From assembly GCA_963693365.1 (NCBI GenBank), contig CAVNZM010000004.1:5396564-5460563 (forward strand): a stretch of 64,000 nucleotides of DNA. The letters run 5' to 3'. Below are positions 37,881-54,362 of the stretch, in pieces. Position numbers and translations under genes: made by a program. The number at the start of each line of letters is the position of its first letter. The first letter of the stretch is position 1. The notes under the pieces were generated by a model. It was not told the DNA's origin. It made no database searches and saw nothing but the letters and a program-made list of their open reading frames with translations. This DNA is from Amoebidium appalachense. Lineage: Eukaryota; Protista; Ichthyosporea.

Positions 37881-40800
37881 GGTGTGAAAGGCGGTGATTG
37901 AATCCCACCGTCGGTATCCTATGGTCCCAGATATCCGGCTGGTAAATTTGCGGGGCAGTGAAAATGTCAATGTGATGGGGTGGGATTTCAAGGTGACTTT
38001 TACGATGAAATTCGAGCTGATACCTTCCACCCGCTTTACAAAATTCCCTTTTCAGGTCCCCTAAACGGATCCGCTATGGAATTAAACGTTATTTGGTGTT
38101 TTTAATCGACGCCAGTTGAACGTCGTGCTGTTCACTCGTGGCGATAAGGTCTTCAAAAGCTGCGGAAAAGAAGCAGAGACACAGTGGTCCAATCAGCAGG
38201 TTTGTATAAAACTTCAATCGAATCACACGGACACATTAAACATGGGCGCTTTTGTGAAGTTTCGGCGAGGTGGGTTCGAGAAGAAGCTGCAAAAGAACAG
38301 GTTGCTACACGTGAACGTGCGAGTCAGGTCAAAGGCTTGGTGCAAGGGAAAAACAATGTACAGCCCATGACGCAGTGAATTTCTGGCTCAACGCAATTGC
38401 ATCTAGCACTTAGGGAAAACCAATATTGCAATACATATAAATGCCTATTAGAAGGCGGGGTGATTGGGAGAGAGGAGGGGGCAAGAGGGGATGGTGGATA
38501 GAACTGATTCAATATTAATAGGGCCAGAGTAACATGTACATCACACAGGATCCCTTCTTGTTCTTTATCCTACCCACCACCGTCCCCTCCACCCCCCCCC
38601 TCTCTCCCCCCTCCCCCTCCCCTCCCCTCCCCCCCCTCCCCCCACCCCTCTCCTTCCCTCTCCCCTCCCCCTTCTCCCCAATTAATAAACAACATCAACT
38701 TAAGTTTCCCTCCCCAACCTTCTTTTTTCGCTTTCAAATGAGTTTCAATACAGTAAACAAAACCTCTCTTGATAACACAAACATTATTTGCACAATACAA
38801 CACCTCGAACACCCCAAAAGTCACGGAGTGCCACCATATATATACACGAACACAGCTATCTGTGCCACAGTGCTTCAAGTGTGTAGTATACTGTGTTCGA
38901 AAAATCTTTGGAAAACCAACCTTTGGATGTGTCTCTCCTCGAGTAGCTTGTTGTTTCAGTTCCCCAGACTATGTATTAGTTCAACATAAGCACATTTGGT
39001 CTGTGATAATGTAGTACGCCCGTTTCTATCGATACTACTTATGGGTTAAGGGACTTGTCTTCTTTTTGTCGTTACAGAGACAAACTAGCTTCGACTCTGA
39101 ATCCGGACGCCACTCCGTCGCCAAAAAAAAAAAAAAAAAAAATGAAAGAATTCAATATGTCGTCAAACCTTTGCCATCACGCACTTTACAAACAAACATA
39201 AAACACACAACTGGCACAACTGTGGCACTGACTAGAGACGGTTTGAGGACGGTTCTTGGACCTACAGTTAGCAACCTGTGTGTCAATGGCGTATGATTTG
39301 TATAAAACTGGGCTACATATACTGTACAAAGTGAATATTGTACAGTGGCACATGCAAAGTGGAGTGCACGGTCAAAATATGGTCGTGAGTGATTCGTGAT
39401 CTACAACCCTATTGTAAGTGAAATCTAGAGGCGAAAGCCTGTAAAACGGTGGTGGTGTCGCGGTATGTACACAATAGCAGGAAAGCCCAAAGAGCTTCCA
39501 TCATGATCTGTCCCCGTAAACTATTCTCCGAGCCTTCGTACTCGAATTTTTGATTGGCTCGTATCCAAAATTTTTTTTAAAAGAGCCCCTGATTGACGTT
39601 CGTCTGGAATGCGATTCACCTCATGCATGTGCACTGAGACTTCACTCAGGCTGTGGCAGGAGTTGTGATGATCACAAACCTGACAAGCACTATCTTTTTG
39701 CCCCGGGGGGTTTCTTTCCAGCTTTTGGTTATTTTTTTACGTAGTATGCATATGTATTTACGCACTCGAAACATTTGGGGCTGGTGCATGGCGTCACGAG
39801 AAAATGACGGGGCATCCGGTGAAGAGGGATGTCGCCATGCGTAGGTACGCGTATGTGCGCACGTGCGGCAGGCCCGGGGCCCTGAAGCTCAGGCGGGCCG
39901 AGTCCAACAAGTGTTCGCTGAGGCTCTCTCAATTGTCTATCATATGTACATGTACCTCCGTGGGCATAAAAAGTTGTATAAACAGCCTGAACGGTTGGCG
40001 TCGAATCTACCCTGCTAGTGTAAGGATCTAAAGCACCCATCGATGTTAGGGCTTAGCTAGTCTGCGTGCACTGGACAGAGTGCATGACTGATCTCACCCA
40101 AATCTCAAGTATTGAAGAATAAAACATCCTCGTAGTGCACACGCACACTGTACTATGATCGTAACAAAGCTGATACATTGTGACGTGTCGACACACGCAA
40201 ATAGTACTATATTAGTCCTGCACGATGGAGACTCGTTCGTGTATAATAATTCCCCAGGAAGTTTTTTCCCCAAAAAACCAAGGATCCACTTCTTTGTACA
40301 TACATTGTAGCCATGCTATGGTGTGCTGCATTGGCATGTGAGGAATGTCTGCGGTATTTTCTTTACCTGTGGCAGTGGCACCGTTGATATGTCCAATCAA
40401 AATCTGTTCTTAAATCTTGAAGCCCAGGGTGTGAAATGCTGGATCTGATCCAGGGAATTTCGAATCTCTGCTTCCCCTTCCTGCCCCGGCGGGTCCCAAT
40501 AAATACATATGTTGGCACTAAATGGTGACCGCCCTGAGTTTTCTGATTACATATATATAACTGAGACCCTGTTATACGCCCAGTGTTCGGGAGATACATG
40601 GACCTGACTCAAAAAGTTAGATACACATGAGGTTGGAGTTTGAGGCACCTTAAACCCCTGTACTGCGAAGTGCGAACACGACAGCATGCTTGCAACGTCC
40701 ATTTACTCGGTGACGTCACGCGCGTTACAGGCTTCAATCGATCTATATCAGTCATTCAGACATCAGAGACGACAATGCCCGGTTGAAAGTTTCAGTCACC

Positions 40801-41415
40801 TTGGGGAATCCGAATTTGCTGCAAGCGAGAAACGGATTCCTCAACACAACAAAAAGGTCGACACGCTACTTTTATCTCGAAACCTGGCGGTCGTGACTTC
40901 GTGGCCGTGTGAGGGGGAGGGGGGGCGGGAAGGCCGATGGGCGAGAGAGCTAGAGACAGAGAGAGTGGGGAGAGCGAGAGAGAGGGGGGGGGGTGGGGGG
41001 TGGGGGTGGGGGAGAGAGTGAGAGAGAGAGAGAGAGAATAGGGAGGGGGAGGGAGAGAGAAGAAGAGGGAGCTCGAGAAGGGGGGAGGGGGGGAGGGGGA
41101 AAGATGCCAGGCAGAGGGAGAGAGAGGGAGAGGGGGAGAGGGGGAGAGAGAAGAGAGAGGGAGAGAGGCAGAGGGAGAGAGAGAGAGAGGGGCGGGGGAC
41201 AGGGGGGGTTGGGGGGATGGGGGGAGAGCTGAGAGGGGGGATGGGGGGGGGGGGGGGGGGGAAGAGAAAGGTAGAGAGAGAGGTAAGAACCGTGACATAT
41301 ACATGTTTGTATTGTGTGTGTGAGTGTGTATGTGAATGTGTGTGCATCCGTGCGTGTGTGTGTGTCCGCGCGTGCACGCACACTGTGTGTATGTGTATGT
41401 GTTTATTGTGTTTAT

Positions 41416-41515
<100 letters not shown>

Positions 41516-44500
41516 GCCTATGTGTGGTTCAGTCGGATTGGTGATGGTATAAAATCCCCCCCCCCCCCCCCCCCCCCCGTGCGGAAAAAAAGTAAAAAAA
41601 AGAAAAGAAAAAAAAAGAAAGAAAAGAAGGAAAAAACAAAGAAAAGAAAGAAAAGAAAAGAAAAGAAAAGAAAAGAAAAGAAAGAAAAGAAAAGAAAACT
41701 GAAAAACCTCTCCCAGAATAACCGGAGGCACTGAGTCTCTTCCCTGTCATGCTGCCAGCTCTATAACCCCCGAATCATTCGTTCATTGATTCTCAGTGCG
41801 CTTCAACCAGAAAAGTTGCTTTGTCAATTGTTGAGCAGGGTATTGCCAAGCTTGGCTGCTTGCACTAGTAGCACCCTAGCTAGGATACACGGTTGTTGCT
41901 TCTAATTAGTGGAAGACGGCAGTTGCCATGAGGGACCCCTAAGCGCTCCCCACCCCCCCCCCCCTCCCCCCTTCCCCCCCCCCCCCCCCCCCTTCCTCCC
42001 CCTTCCCCCCCCCCCCCCTGCCCCTCCCCCCCCCCCCCCCGAGGGACAAAACCGTTCCCCCCCCCCCCCCCCGCCCCCCGAAACAAAACGGTTAAGAAAT
42101 AGAGTTAAAAATTAAAAGTTAAAAAACAATTACTATCTAATCCTGGTTAAACCAAATGGACACTTATAATTAAGCTAAGAACACAAATATTGATGCTGCT
42201 CTGTAACAATTGTGGTAGTTTTCAAATTTAAGGTGATGTGATGCCATTGCCACAGCGGTCAGGAGACAAAACCAATGAAACATGTTCATGAAAGGTTTAA
42301 ATTTTAAACCCGGTCTGTAAAGGGCCCTAGGCAGTATCACTCATTTCAACAAGTTTTTACCACGATGAACATTCCGTGGTGTGTTTGCTTTTTTTTAAAG
42401 CGGGTATGATGCCCGTATTAGTATAGTCTCCAAGGTTATGTACCCACTGGTTTACGTAAGTGGCCAGGCACTGCTACGCCGCGTGTCGCCTGTGGCAACA
42501 TAGGGGGAAAAAAAAAAAAAAAAAAAAAGATGCCGCAGGGATGACAGCACTCAGACTGACTAGTACTAGTAGATGATCGTTTATTGGCAAAGGCGTTAAA
42601 AAACGGTAACAAGAGATAGCGGAGAAAGAAAGCCTCCCTCCACCCCCCCCCCCCCCCCCCCCCACCCCTCCACCCCCCGCCCCCCTCCCCCCTCTCCAGG
42701 ACAGGGCGTTATAAAACAGTGAAAACTAAGGTGTGAACAGGGGTTTCTCTATGGGTTTATAAATTTAGTCGGATTCTAAAAGGGAGATAACAAAGAACAT
42801 AACATGTGGGCGAAAAAAAAAAGATAACGGCAGAGAGGACAAATCTGGGCCTAATTAGCATAGCCAAATATGGTTCAAAGTGCTGTGTTGCCAATGGAGT
42901 AATATCATGTGAGCACAAGCTAGTACCAAGATTCACCGTCACGTTTATTTAATACTTGAAGTAATTATAATATAAGGCACTTCCATTTCTCTGGGGGCTG
43001 GAATCTTGCTAAAACAGTGTGATTTTTTTGAGGCCCGTGCTTAGCGTATGTATTCAAGCCTGTTGAGTCACCTATATATACTAATAATCATGCGTGGAAG
43101 TGATAATGACAATAATGCTAAGAACAATAAATATAAGCGAACCGTTAGTTACTGTAATATTAATCATAATGACATTGAATCGGATAATAACGATAAACAA
43201 CAAGAACTTGACAAAAAAAAACAATTGGGGGGGTGTGTTTTTTTCTTCTTTTTCTTTTCTTTTTCTTTTCTTTTTTTTCTTTTCTTTTCTTTTCTTTTCT
43301 TTTCTTTTCCTTTTTTTTTTTTTTTTTTTTTTTTTGGGGGGGGGGGGGGGGGGGTGTGAAAGGGAAGGGGGAGAAGGGGAAGAAAGAAAGACAGGTCCTG
43401 GACATGATCATAGCTACACAGCCGTAGGGGCGAGGTTCAAGCTAGACGCGGTGCTAAACCCGTTCGAATCCCCCAGAGACGAGAGTGGATCCTGCATGTC
43501 TCTGTAGCTGGCAATAGGTGTGCTGGCGGTAGAACTAGTGTTTGTTTGGTTGAACGATCCCGTTTCAAGTTTCTGCTGACTGACTCTGTCCGATCCAACG
43601 TGGGTGTTGCCCATGCGCATGAGAATTTCGCGGGTGCGGGCAAGCTCTTTGTTGACGTGGTGGTGGTTTAGGGGGTATGAGGAATGCTTTATTCAAATAG
43701 GCCGGAAATTAATGTAGCCGTCAAAGCCACAGCGACTATTTTAGGTTTGTAGTCGTGGTGGCTTAATTTGGAAATCACTGATTAGTGCCTGTTGTGAAAC
43801 TTATTACTACAGTGCTACCGATAGTGTCATAAGGAGACACCGTTAAGGTATATGTTGGCGGTTCGCAGCGTAAGGGCCATGTGACGTCGGCATGACGTCA
43901 GTATGAGGTCAGGCACCAAATCAAACTGGACCATGTGATTGGGCTCGGACACTTACTGAGAGGAGGGGGAGGGGGGGGAGGGGGCGGGGGGGGGGAGGTT
44001 TGTGTGTGTGTGGGTGTTGGGGGGGAGGGGGTGGGGAGGGGGTTGGGAGGGGATGTGTGTAGTGGTGTCACGGAGGTGGTGGTTGTGGGGAAGGGGGAAG
44101 GAGGGAGGGGGGAAGGGGAGGGGGGAGGGGGGGGGGGGGGGAGGGGCTCATCATGAATTTACCGAGTGCAATTCGTCCTCCAGCTGAGCCACCTTGTTCT
44201 GATTTCAGTCATGTGGGTTTTTGTCCCATACGTCCCCCCTTTGCCCTCCTTCCCGGTCTTTAAAGATGGTTCTCGCGAGTCGGAGGATGTCGGGTTTGAT
44301 CGGGTGCGGCCAGTGTTTGAAGAAGAGAAGAGGGAGGTGAGTTGGAGAATCCAACCGGCGTTGAGAACTTTGGGGACGAAAAACACTGTCACTCTGAACC
44401 TATTATGATATGGTGGGTCAGATTGCGGTGGCTTTTTTCGGTATGTGTGTGTGTGTGTGTTGTGAGGGGGGGGGGGGGGGGGGGGGGGAGGGGGGAGGGG

Positions 44501-44548
44501 ATAGTATGACGACCACAACTTATGTATGAGGTTGTTGCATTGCAGAGT

Positions 44549-44716
<168 letters not shown>

Positions 44717-45226
44717 GTTACATGATGGCAAACCAGATACCGTAAACCACCAATGGAATGAAGGCTATGGGCTTATCTTTAAGCACAACGGCAACGGAGC
44801 CAATCACAACACAGACCATAGCCATCTGGTACACCACCGCCATGATGAACCTATAAGCCAATCAGAACGACCAAGGGTTAGCCTAATATGGTTATTAGGG
44901 ACGAGAATTACCACCCAGCTTGAGAGACCTAGTTCGGTTTGCCAAGGGTTTATATTTTGTTTATTTTTTCAACCCACGAATCAAATGGACCCAATAAAAT
45001 GAACACACTATAAGATTTGCTCTGAAACTTAGTGCTGTTGTTAACCAGATAACAATTATCTTGACAAACGGCAAGTCATGCATTGTGCGTCCTGGCCCCG
45101 ATACAAGAGCTCGGAATTTGACATGTGAAACATAGTGTTCTTTCAGGTGGGAAGCGAGAGGGGCGGCCGAGCGGGAAGAAGGGAAGGAGGGGAAGGGGGG
45201 GGGGAAGAAGGGGAGGGGAAGATGAT

Positions 45227-45263
<37 letters not shown>

Positions 45264-45523
45264 GAGGGATGGTCACTCACTTCGGTGGGGCTAGTGCTTT
45301 ATTTATTCCTTTTCCTTTTTTTGTCTTTTTTTTTTTGGGGGGGGGGGGGGGAAGGGGGGGGGGGGGGGGGGGGAAGAGGTGGGGGGGGGGGGGGGGGAAG
45401 GGGGTTGATGGTCCGAATACAGAGTTCAAAAGGAATTACAGGACATCTCTGAAGCACCTAAACTCTTGGTTTAGTGAATTTCAAACATGTGCATCACAAG
45501 AACAGAATCGGTGGGAGGAAAAA

Positions 45524-45554
<31 letters not shown>

Positions 45555-45597
45555 GTACAAGGAGTGCAGGGTGGTTGGGGCTCTTCTGGTGGGATTG

Positions 45598-45631
<34 letters not shown>

Positions 45632-45666
45632 CGGGGGGAGTGGAGGGGGTGGGGGGGGGGGGGGGG

Positions 45667-45722
45667 GATGAATTCGAGAGTGTAGGGCCAAAGCATGGGA
45701 CGGTGGGGTTTTTTTTTTTTTT

Positions 45723-45753
<31 letters not shown>

Positions 45754-45844
45754 GGGGGGAGGGGGGAGGGGGGAGGGGTGGGGGGGGATGAATTCGAGAG
45801 TGTAGGGCCAAAGCATGGGACGGTGGGGTTTTTTTTTTTTTTTT

Positions 45845-45886
<42 letters not shown>

Positions 45887-45968
45887 GAGGGGAGGGGGAG
45901 GGGTGGGGGGGGGATGAATTCGAGAGTGTAGGGCCAAAGCATGGGACGGTGGGGTTTTTTTTTTTTTT

Positions 45969-46007
<39 letters not shown>

Positions 46008-46100
46008 AGAGGGGAGGGGGAGGGGTGGGGGGGGATGAATTCGAGAGTGTAGGGCCAAAGCATGGGACGGTGGTTTTTTTTTTTTTTTTTTTTTTTTTGT
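45667..46100. repeat. Tandem array of 4 units (~120-126 bp): conserved ~40-bp core + poly-T + poly-G
   Basis: Core ATGAATTCGAGAGTGTAGGGCCAAAGCATGGGACGGTGG starts at 45668, 45788, 45914 and 46035. Confidence 0.9.
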
Positions 46101-47116
46101 TGTTGGGGGGGGTGGGGGAGGCGGGGGGGGGGGGGGGGGGGGGGGAGGGGGGAAGGGGGGGGGGGAGAAACAGAAAGCAAAAAAAAAAAAGATGGGGTTT
46201 GTGGGAAGGAAGGGGGGGGGGGGGGGGGTTCTTTAAATCTTTGTACTCAGCGGGGACCCTGGGGACTCGGAAAGACAAAATGCAGCCGGCAACGACCAGA
46301 CCGGCATTGTAGAAGAGAAAAACATAGAGAATGGGGTGCACGTCTCTGATCGTGGGCAGCGTGAGATCTGGCCACTGGATCTGCAGGTTTAAACTTTTAA
46401 GAAATTTTATTTCCCGTTAATTTGCCGTGTTAGAGTCTGGAGGTTATGTTGTTTGAAGTCTGTCGGGGCTATGGTTCTAAAACGATATAGACAGGGGGGT
46501 TAGGGGAGAGACTTGGGGAAACGAATAATGTCCCCTTTTTTCTTTTTCTTTTCTTTTTTTCCTTTTTTTTTGGTGGGGTGGTGGTGGTGGTGGTTGTGGT
46601 TTTTCTCAATGGGGGAGGAGGGGGGGGGGGGGGGGGGGGGGGTTCTTGGGAAGGGGTGGGGATGACGGTGGGGTTTTTGTGTGTGCACACGTGTGCGTGT
46701 GTGTGTGCCGTGCATATATGCGCGTGTGTGAGAGAGAGAGTGTGTGTGGGTGTGTGTGTGCGTGTGCACATGAGTTCCGTGAGACTTCTATTCCATTAGG
46801 TGAACAAGGAACCTGCCACCCACCCAGTTTGAGACTGCTTGGAGCTTCGACTGCCCCTCCGCATACTTTAACTCGCTTAACCCCACATATCCATTGGTTA
46901 CTCTATATCTCCCCATGGCAGCCCATATGATCAAAAGTGCAATTTCCGCCCTGACTATTTTCCACGGCCCCATGAGTCGTTGGTCAGTCATGGCGACACG
47001 AAGAACACGGGCACCCATGAAAATCCGGTAAATTCGGAACAGTTTTACGATAAGAGGCGAATACGAGGGAGAAGCCGACGGCGAGAAGGAAAACCTGCGT
47101 GTGGGTATGCGTGTGC

Positions 47117-47149
<33 letters not shown>

Positions 47150-47156
<7 letters not shown>

Positions 47157-47585
47157 TCAAGACACACCTGCAGGCCCGCTCCGTGGCGGCCTTGGCCGCC
47201 ATGTTGTGCACCAGCACGCATGCATATAGCCCCATATAAGGCAATATAGTTAAAGACACACGCGCAGGCGCGCTCCGCGGCGGCCTTAACCGTCATGTTG
47301 TGCACCAGCATGCATGAATATAGGGCCATATCGTTAAAGACACACCTGCATGCATATACCGGGGCCATATAAGGCAATATCGTTAAAGCCACACCTGCAT
47401 GCATATAGGGCCATATAAGACAATATCGTTAAAGGCACACCTGCATGCCCTTTCTGTGGGGGCCTGGGCCGTCATGTTGTGCACCAGCATGCATGCATAT
47501 AGGGCCATATAAGGCAATATCATTAAAGACACACCTGCATGTCCTTTCTGTGGCGGCCTGGGCCGTCATGTTGTGCACCAGCATG
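47150..47585 (-). repeat. Second copy of the exon-junction minisatellite
   Basis: Same unit as 32185-32615 (AAGACACACCTGCA...GGGCCATATAAGGCAATAT), with a different unit arrangement. Confidence 0.85.
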
Positions 47586-48212
47586 TCCATCAGCAGCGAC
47601 CGCACGGACTTGACGCTCTCGATCTCGCCCAGCTCTGCGGGCGCCAAAAAAGGAAAGTAGATGGGCCGGGACAGCTTTAGCTGGGCCTTGTAGAGCGCCC
47701 ACTGCGGGTCGCTCCACGGCGTCTGGTCCCACCGCCCCTTGAACGGTGGTCACCCTTTCGTTGGTGCAGGAGGAGTCGTATTTGCCCCCTTTTGTCCTCT
47801 CATCACTCCCCCCTCCTCTCCCCTTCCCTCCCCCCTCCCTTCACGCCCTCAACCCCCTCCCCCTTCCCCCCCCCCCCCCCAAAAAAAATAAAATAAAATA
47901 AAAAAACCTCCACTTTCTCTATCCACCTTTTTCTGAATGAAGTCCTCACTCTCTCTCCCTCCTCTTGGTTGTTCCCTCAATCTTTGTGTTACCACAAACT
48001 TCTTCCTCCTTAAGTACTTTTCATTTACATATACTGAGTTATTATTAGAATTCAGCTCCTGAGCCCCTTTCCTTCATTTCCCCCAACACTTTCGTAAGTT
48101 CCTTTTCGAATCTTCCTTGCCCTTTTTGAATACTCCACTCCCCCTTCCCCCCATTTCGCCGCATTCGCCACAAGCCTTTCCCCTTCCCCCCACAAACACA
48201 CACACCCACACA

Positions 48213-48290
<78 letters not shown>

Positions 48291-48293
48291 CAT

Positions 48294-48324
<31 letters not shown>

Positions 48325-48938
48325 CACGCACACACACACCCCATTTCCTTTACCTCAGTGCAGCTTTTGCGGCCTTCTTTTTCACTAACACGTACATATT
48401 TAGCCTATTGAAACAAAGCACATAACTTGGTGATCCCCAAGCAGGAATATCCCACCGTTACGCGTACGAAAGATTGCACTGTTGCCCCCCCTCCCCTCCC
48501 CCCCCCTCCCCCCCCCCCCTTCGGACCTCTATCTCTATTACCCCCCCCCCCCCCCCCCCCCTCCCCCCACCGCCCGCCCGCCCGCCCACCCGCCCACCCG
48601 CCTACACCCGCCGCCGGGCTCGTCCCCCGGCCCCTTTTCATGCGCACACGACAACAGGATTATTCCATTTTTAGGGGTCTGTGACTGTGAACGGACGTCT
48701 GTGCTTGTGTGTATGTGTGCGGGCGCACACGGGCGCAGTGTGCGTGTTGTGTGTGACACTAGTTGGGTGTGCGTGTGTGCGTGTGTATGCTTTCACGGGG
48801 GTGCTGTGTGTGTGCCGGCAGTCTATAAACACTGGCTCTGTGTGTGGGTGTGTGTGTGTGTGTGGGGGGGGGGGGGAGGTGCATGTGTGTGTGTTTTTGT
48901 GTGACCGCGCGGGAGTGGGCGCATGCACACTTAGGTGT

Positions 48939-48969
<31 letters not shown>

Positions 48970-49560
48970 GGGGGGGGGGAGGGGGGAGGGGGGAGGGCTG
49001 AGGGGAGGGAGAGTAGCGTGGCGGGGGGGAATAGTGGTGGCAGAGTCTTTTGAAATTGAACTTCATTTATATGCACAATCAGCCGACAGTGTAACTCACT
49101 GAGGTGTCACTCTGCCTTAAACTTATTCACCGCATCTACTCACACCCGCGGCAATGCAACAACCATTAGAATTGGGCCCCCTCCCCTCAGCCCCCCCCCC
49201 CCCACCCCCACACCACCACCACCACCACGCCACCCCGCACCCCCCATTGAATAAAGCATTCGGTGGCCGACACCACCAACACTACAAACCGCCGGTACCA
49301 TCATCACTACCAGCCTCCCCCCTGTCCACCCCCCCCCCCCCCCCCCCCCCCCTCCCCCCTCCCTCCCCCCAAACCAAAAAAATTCTGCTCAGAGCCTCCT
49401 TCTGGCATGTGATCATACAAAACCTCCTCCAACCCCCATCCAGACATTAAAGAGGTAGGGGAAAAAAAAAAGAACCAAATTGGGGAAAGAAGATTTGATT
49501 CAGGAAGTGAGAAAACAGAATTCCCCAATGCCAAAAGCAGGACATGCCCCTACCAAAAGA

Positions 49561-49593
<33 letters not shown>

Positions 49594-49878
49594 AGCGCAA
49601 AAAAGAAGAATGAAAGAAAAAGGAAAAAAAAAACCAACCCCTAACTTGAAAGAAAGAGAAGGGAAATCAAAGGAGTAAAAAAACGATGCATGGAAGCAAT
49701 TGCGCCAGGGAACACTGGAGTTGCTTGATGTTTAATTATTGGCGTGTTCCCTTAGTCTGCAAGGACGAACAGTTACAAATCGACCATTATGCAGATTAGC
49801 CCAGCCCTCCCCCCCTCCCCCCCCCCCCCCCCCCCCTCCCCACCCCTCGTTCCGCACCTGCCCACCCCTCTGAGTCCC

Positions 49879-49959
<81 letters not shown>

Positions 49960-50426
49960 TATACTTTTTCTCCCACAGAGACCCCTACCCCACGTGCAAA
50001 AACTGCCTTGCTTACCAACTCACAGCATACATGCACACTTTAACTTATACATCATATCACATTATAATATTTTAGCATGATCGGGCGGCACCGTCACAAC
50101 GCACACGATGCACTCCAGGTGATAGTTAAACACACACACACCACTTATACATGGCATGCACATGACGCTATGATAGTAAAAGCCTGTCGATGATTCGAAC
50201 ACTATAATGCATGTCTCTACCGGAATGGAGGTCACAGTACATGACGAGGGCCCGGTCAGCAATAAAACTGGGACGTCATTGTGTGTGCGTACGTGCGTGT
50301 GTACCGCGTGGGCACATTATTTATTTAGCTGTGTGGGTGTACGTGTGTGTGTGTGTGCGCACGCGTGTGGGTTTGTGTGTGTGTGTGTGCACGCGTATAC
50401 ATGTGTGTACGTTTGTCTGTGTGTGT

Positions 50427-50458
<32 letters not shown>

Positions 50459-50982
50459 GGGAGGGAGGGAGGAGGGAGGGGGGGGGGGGGGGGGAGGGGG
50501 GTGCCGAACGGGAAAGCTGAGAGAGTCTCTCCGTCTCAGAGTGATGGGGCACATACCCGTACTTAAAGGATGCCGCGAGGTATAGTTTGTTAGCCAACAA
50601 TCAAGAACGATGGTAATATTACGAGAAAATTGATTTATTAACAATAATATGGGTGCAGTTAAGTTTGTTTTGACACCAGCGATTCGCCGGCCACTTGAGC
50701 TAACAGGACCCAATACGAATCATCCAATAAGCATGATAGTAATTGTACATGCTACAATAAGTTGTCCGTTGCTGCGCATTTTTAAAATTTAGGTATAAAC
50801 GTCGACTTGCTTATACGGTAGAATGCTGGGAAAAAATGGCTTTTTCTACACAACTGGAAGTGAATATTTTCGAAGGTGTAAAAGGTCAACGGAGTGTCCC
50901 TTCGAAGGTATACCCGAGGACCGCAGGAAGTGCAGATGTTCCTATCATACTCTAACTTTTTTCGGGAAAAAAGGCATGCAGG

Positions 50983-51228
50983 TTAGCATGCAGGTGGGCC
51001 ACACATGAGTTCCTTGGGGTCGACACGCCCAGGTTTGAGTCCCGGTGCGGGGTTTTTGGTGAGGTTCCTGTTTGCCTCCTCCGCTAGAACCTTGGCCTCC
51101 GTGGAAGGGGGTGGACACGGTACTGCGTCCAAATCTTCCTTCGTTAGCGGCGTGTCTGCGTCGCAGCGCGGTGCCCCGCTCATCAACTCGTGGCGGTCGA
51201 CCTTGGGGTGTTTCTGTTCGGTCGCCAT
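50983..51228 (-). CDS. Possible short gene or first exon, hypothetical protein (MATEQKHPKVDRHELM...)
   Basis: GCAAAATGG start context and non-repetitive, protein-like composition. No recognisable domain, and downstream exons are unresolved. Confidence 0.35.
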   Translation of the reverse strand: MATEQKHPKVDRHELMSGAPRCDADTPLTKEDLDAVPCPPPSTEAKVLAEEANRNLTKNPAPGLKPGRVDPKELMCGPPAC

Positions 51229-51654
51229 TTTGCTACTTTTGTCGTATGTTTTTTTGTCTTGTTTTGTTTTGGATGGTGCTTGCAAGAAGTTGTGATCGGT
51301 GAAACAGTGTCGCTGTTTATATACCTTCGAGATCGACCGTTCTGGAATGTGGATGCTCCAAGTCGCGTGATAATGAGCAAATAGTCTGGCTCTAATCTGG
51401 TGCACAGGATTAGATCGATCAATCCATGATCATTTTCGATGTCATTTTTAGATTGGATGATTCAGTGCGCCAACCGTATGATACATCGCTTTTTCTTTTC
51501 TTTTCTTTTCTTTTTTTCTTTTTTCTTTTCTTTTTTTTTCTTTTTTTTTCTTCTTTCTTTTTTTTTCCCCCCAGCCCAGCCTACTGTAATACTTTCCATG
51601 TTTAAACTTTTTATATGGATAACCTGCATCCAAGAAAGCCTACTATTTTTAAAT

Positions 51655-53043
<1,389 letters not shown>

Positions 53044-53944
53044 AGCTGATACCGAGTGTCCCAGGGAGCCCGGCAAAAAAAAAAAAAAAAAAAAAAAAAA
53101 ACGGGGAACCCAACCAATTGGTTTTCTTAGTCTTTATGGTGCCTCGTAGAGAAAGTAAACCCTGATATATAATCATCACCCGACATCTATGTACTTGATC
53201 ATGATATACCGCTGAGGGGATATTCCGAGCAAAAGACCCCCATACCTGAGACTGGTCCCTCTTTGCCTCGAGTAAACAGCGTGAACCCCGCAATATTATG
53301 CAACTGACTGAAATGAAACGGATGATATTGCCCAGGACTATAAGTATACACGTAGCAATACATGTACATCGCACGAGGGGCGCGGCACGGGTCCGGCCCG
53401 ACTGTCCTTTTGTAGTAGCTAGTGGCCTGTGCACGTGGATCATAGTTGGCATGGCACACTGCATGTCCTGACGTGGGTGTACATACGTACTCTTGTGTAT
53501 CACGTGCGTGTCGGATTGCCGGTATGATTGACCAGCGTGTGTCACGTGTGTACGTGTCAGCACTGTGCCACCGTACAGGTGGTGACAGACCTGGGTGCAC
53601 GCTCACACGGATGCATGCATGTCCCCCCCCCCCCCCCCCCCCCCCCCCCTCGATCCCCCCCTCCCCCCCCCCCCCCCCACAGCCTCCTCTCCATACATCT
53701 TTCATCCCCCCCCCCCCCCCCCCCCCCCCCCTCTCCCCCGGACCCTCCTCCGCCTCCCCTGTCCCCAGGCCGCCTTACCCTGCTCTCGGAAGGGCCATAA
53801 TGATTATTATGGCTATCCTGCTCCGAGCTGCACCTGGTCCAGAACACTGTGCACACACACACGTTACCCACAATGTCACACAGCCACACACCCACACACA
53901 CATGTACACACACGCACATACACACACACACACACGTGCACATG

Positions 53945-53995
<51 letters not shown>

Positions 53996-54225
53996 TTCCC
54001 ACAAGTCGAATGTTTTTCCCATTCTTTCTTTTTTTTTTTTTGTTTCCTTCTTTCTTGCCTAAAATTCCGAAAGCATTCCTTGTACCGCTCGAAGTATTCA
54101 ACAGAGCTGTCGTTTTTTTATATAACTTTTTTGATTTCTCTTTTTTTTTTTCTCTTTCTTCAAGCACTTTTTCATGTAATTGCTAGGTGAAGATCTAGAA
54201 GAAGGGGAAGAGAGGGAGGGAGCCG

Positions 54226-54259
<34 letters not shown>

Positions 54260-54322
54260 AGTGTACAAATATCAAGTGCGTAAACTGAAGTCCCAATATG
54301 ACCCTTCCAATCTTTTCTCCTT

Positions 54323-54362
<40 letters not shown>

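Noticed and set aside
39700-40900. Short ORFs in a microsatellite-free block between the receptor paralogs
   Set aside because: No motif or homology is recognisable by eye, and all frames are interrupted.
43455-43480. tRNA T-loop-like GTTCGAATCC
   Set aside because: It lies within a pseudogene exon on the opposite strand, and no cloverleaf could be formed.
43724-43764. Imperfect 15-bp-stem hairpin (Helitron end or terminator?)
   Set aside because: No CTRR terminus at the expected distance and no other supporting element features.
45667-46100. CRISPR-like array
   Set aside because: The 'spacers' are near-identical poly-T/poly-G blocks rather than unique sequences, there are no cas genes, and the context is a eukaryotic intron.
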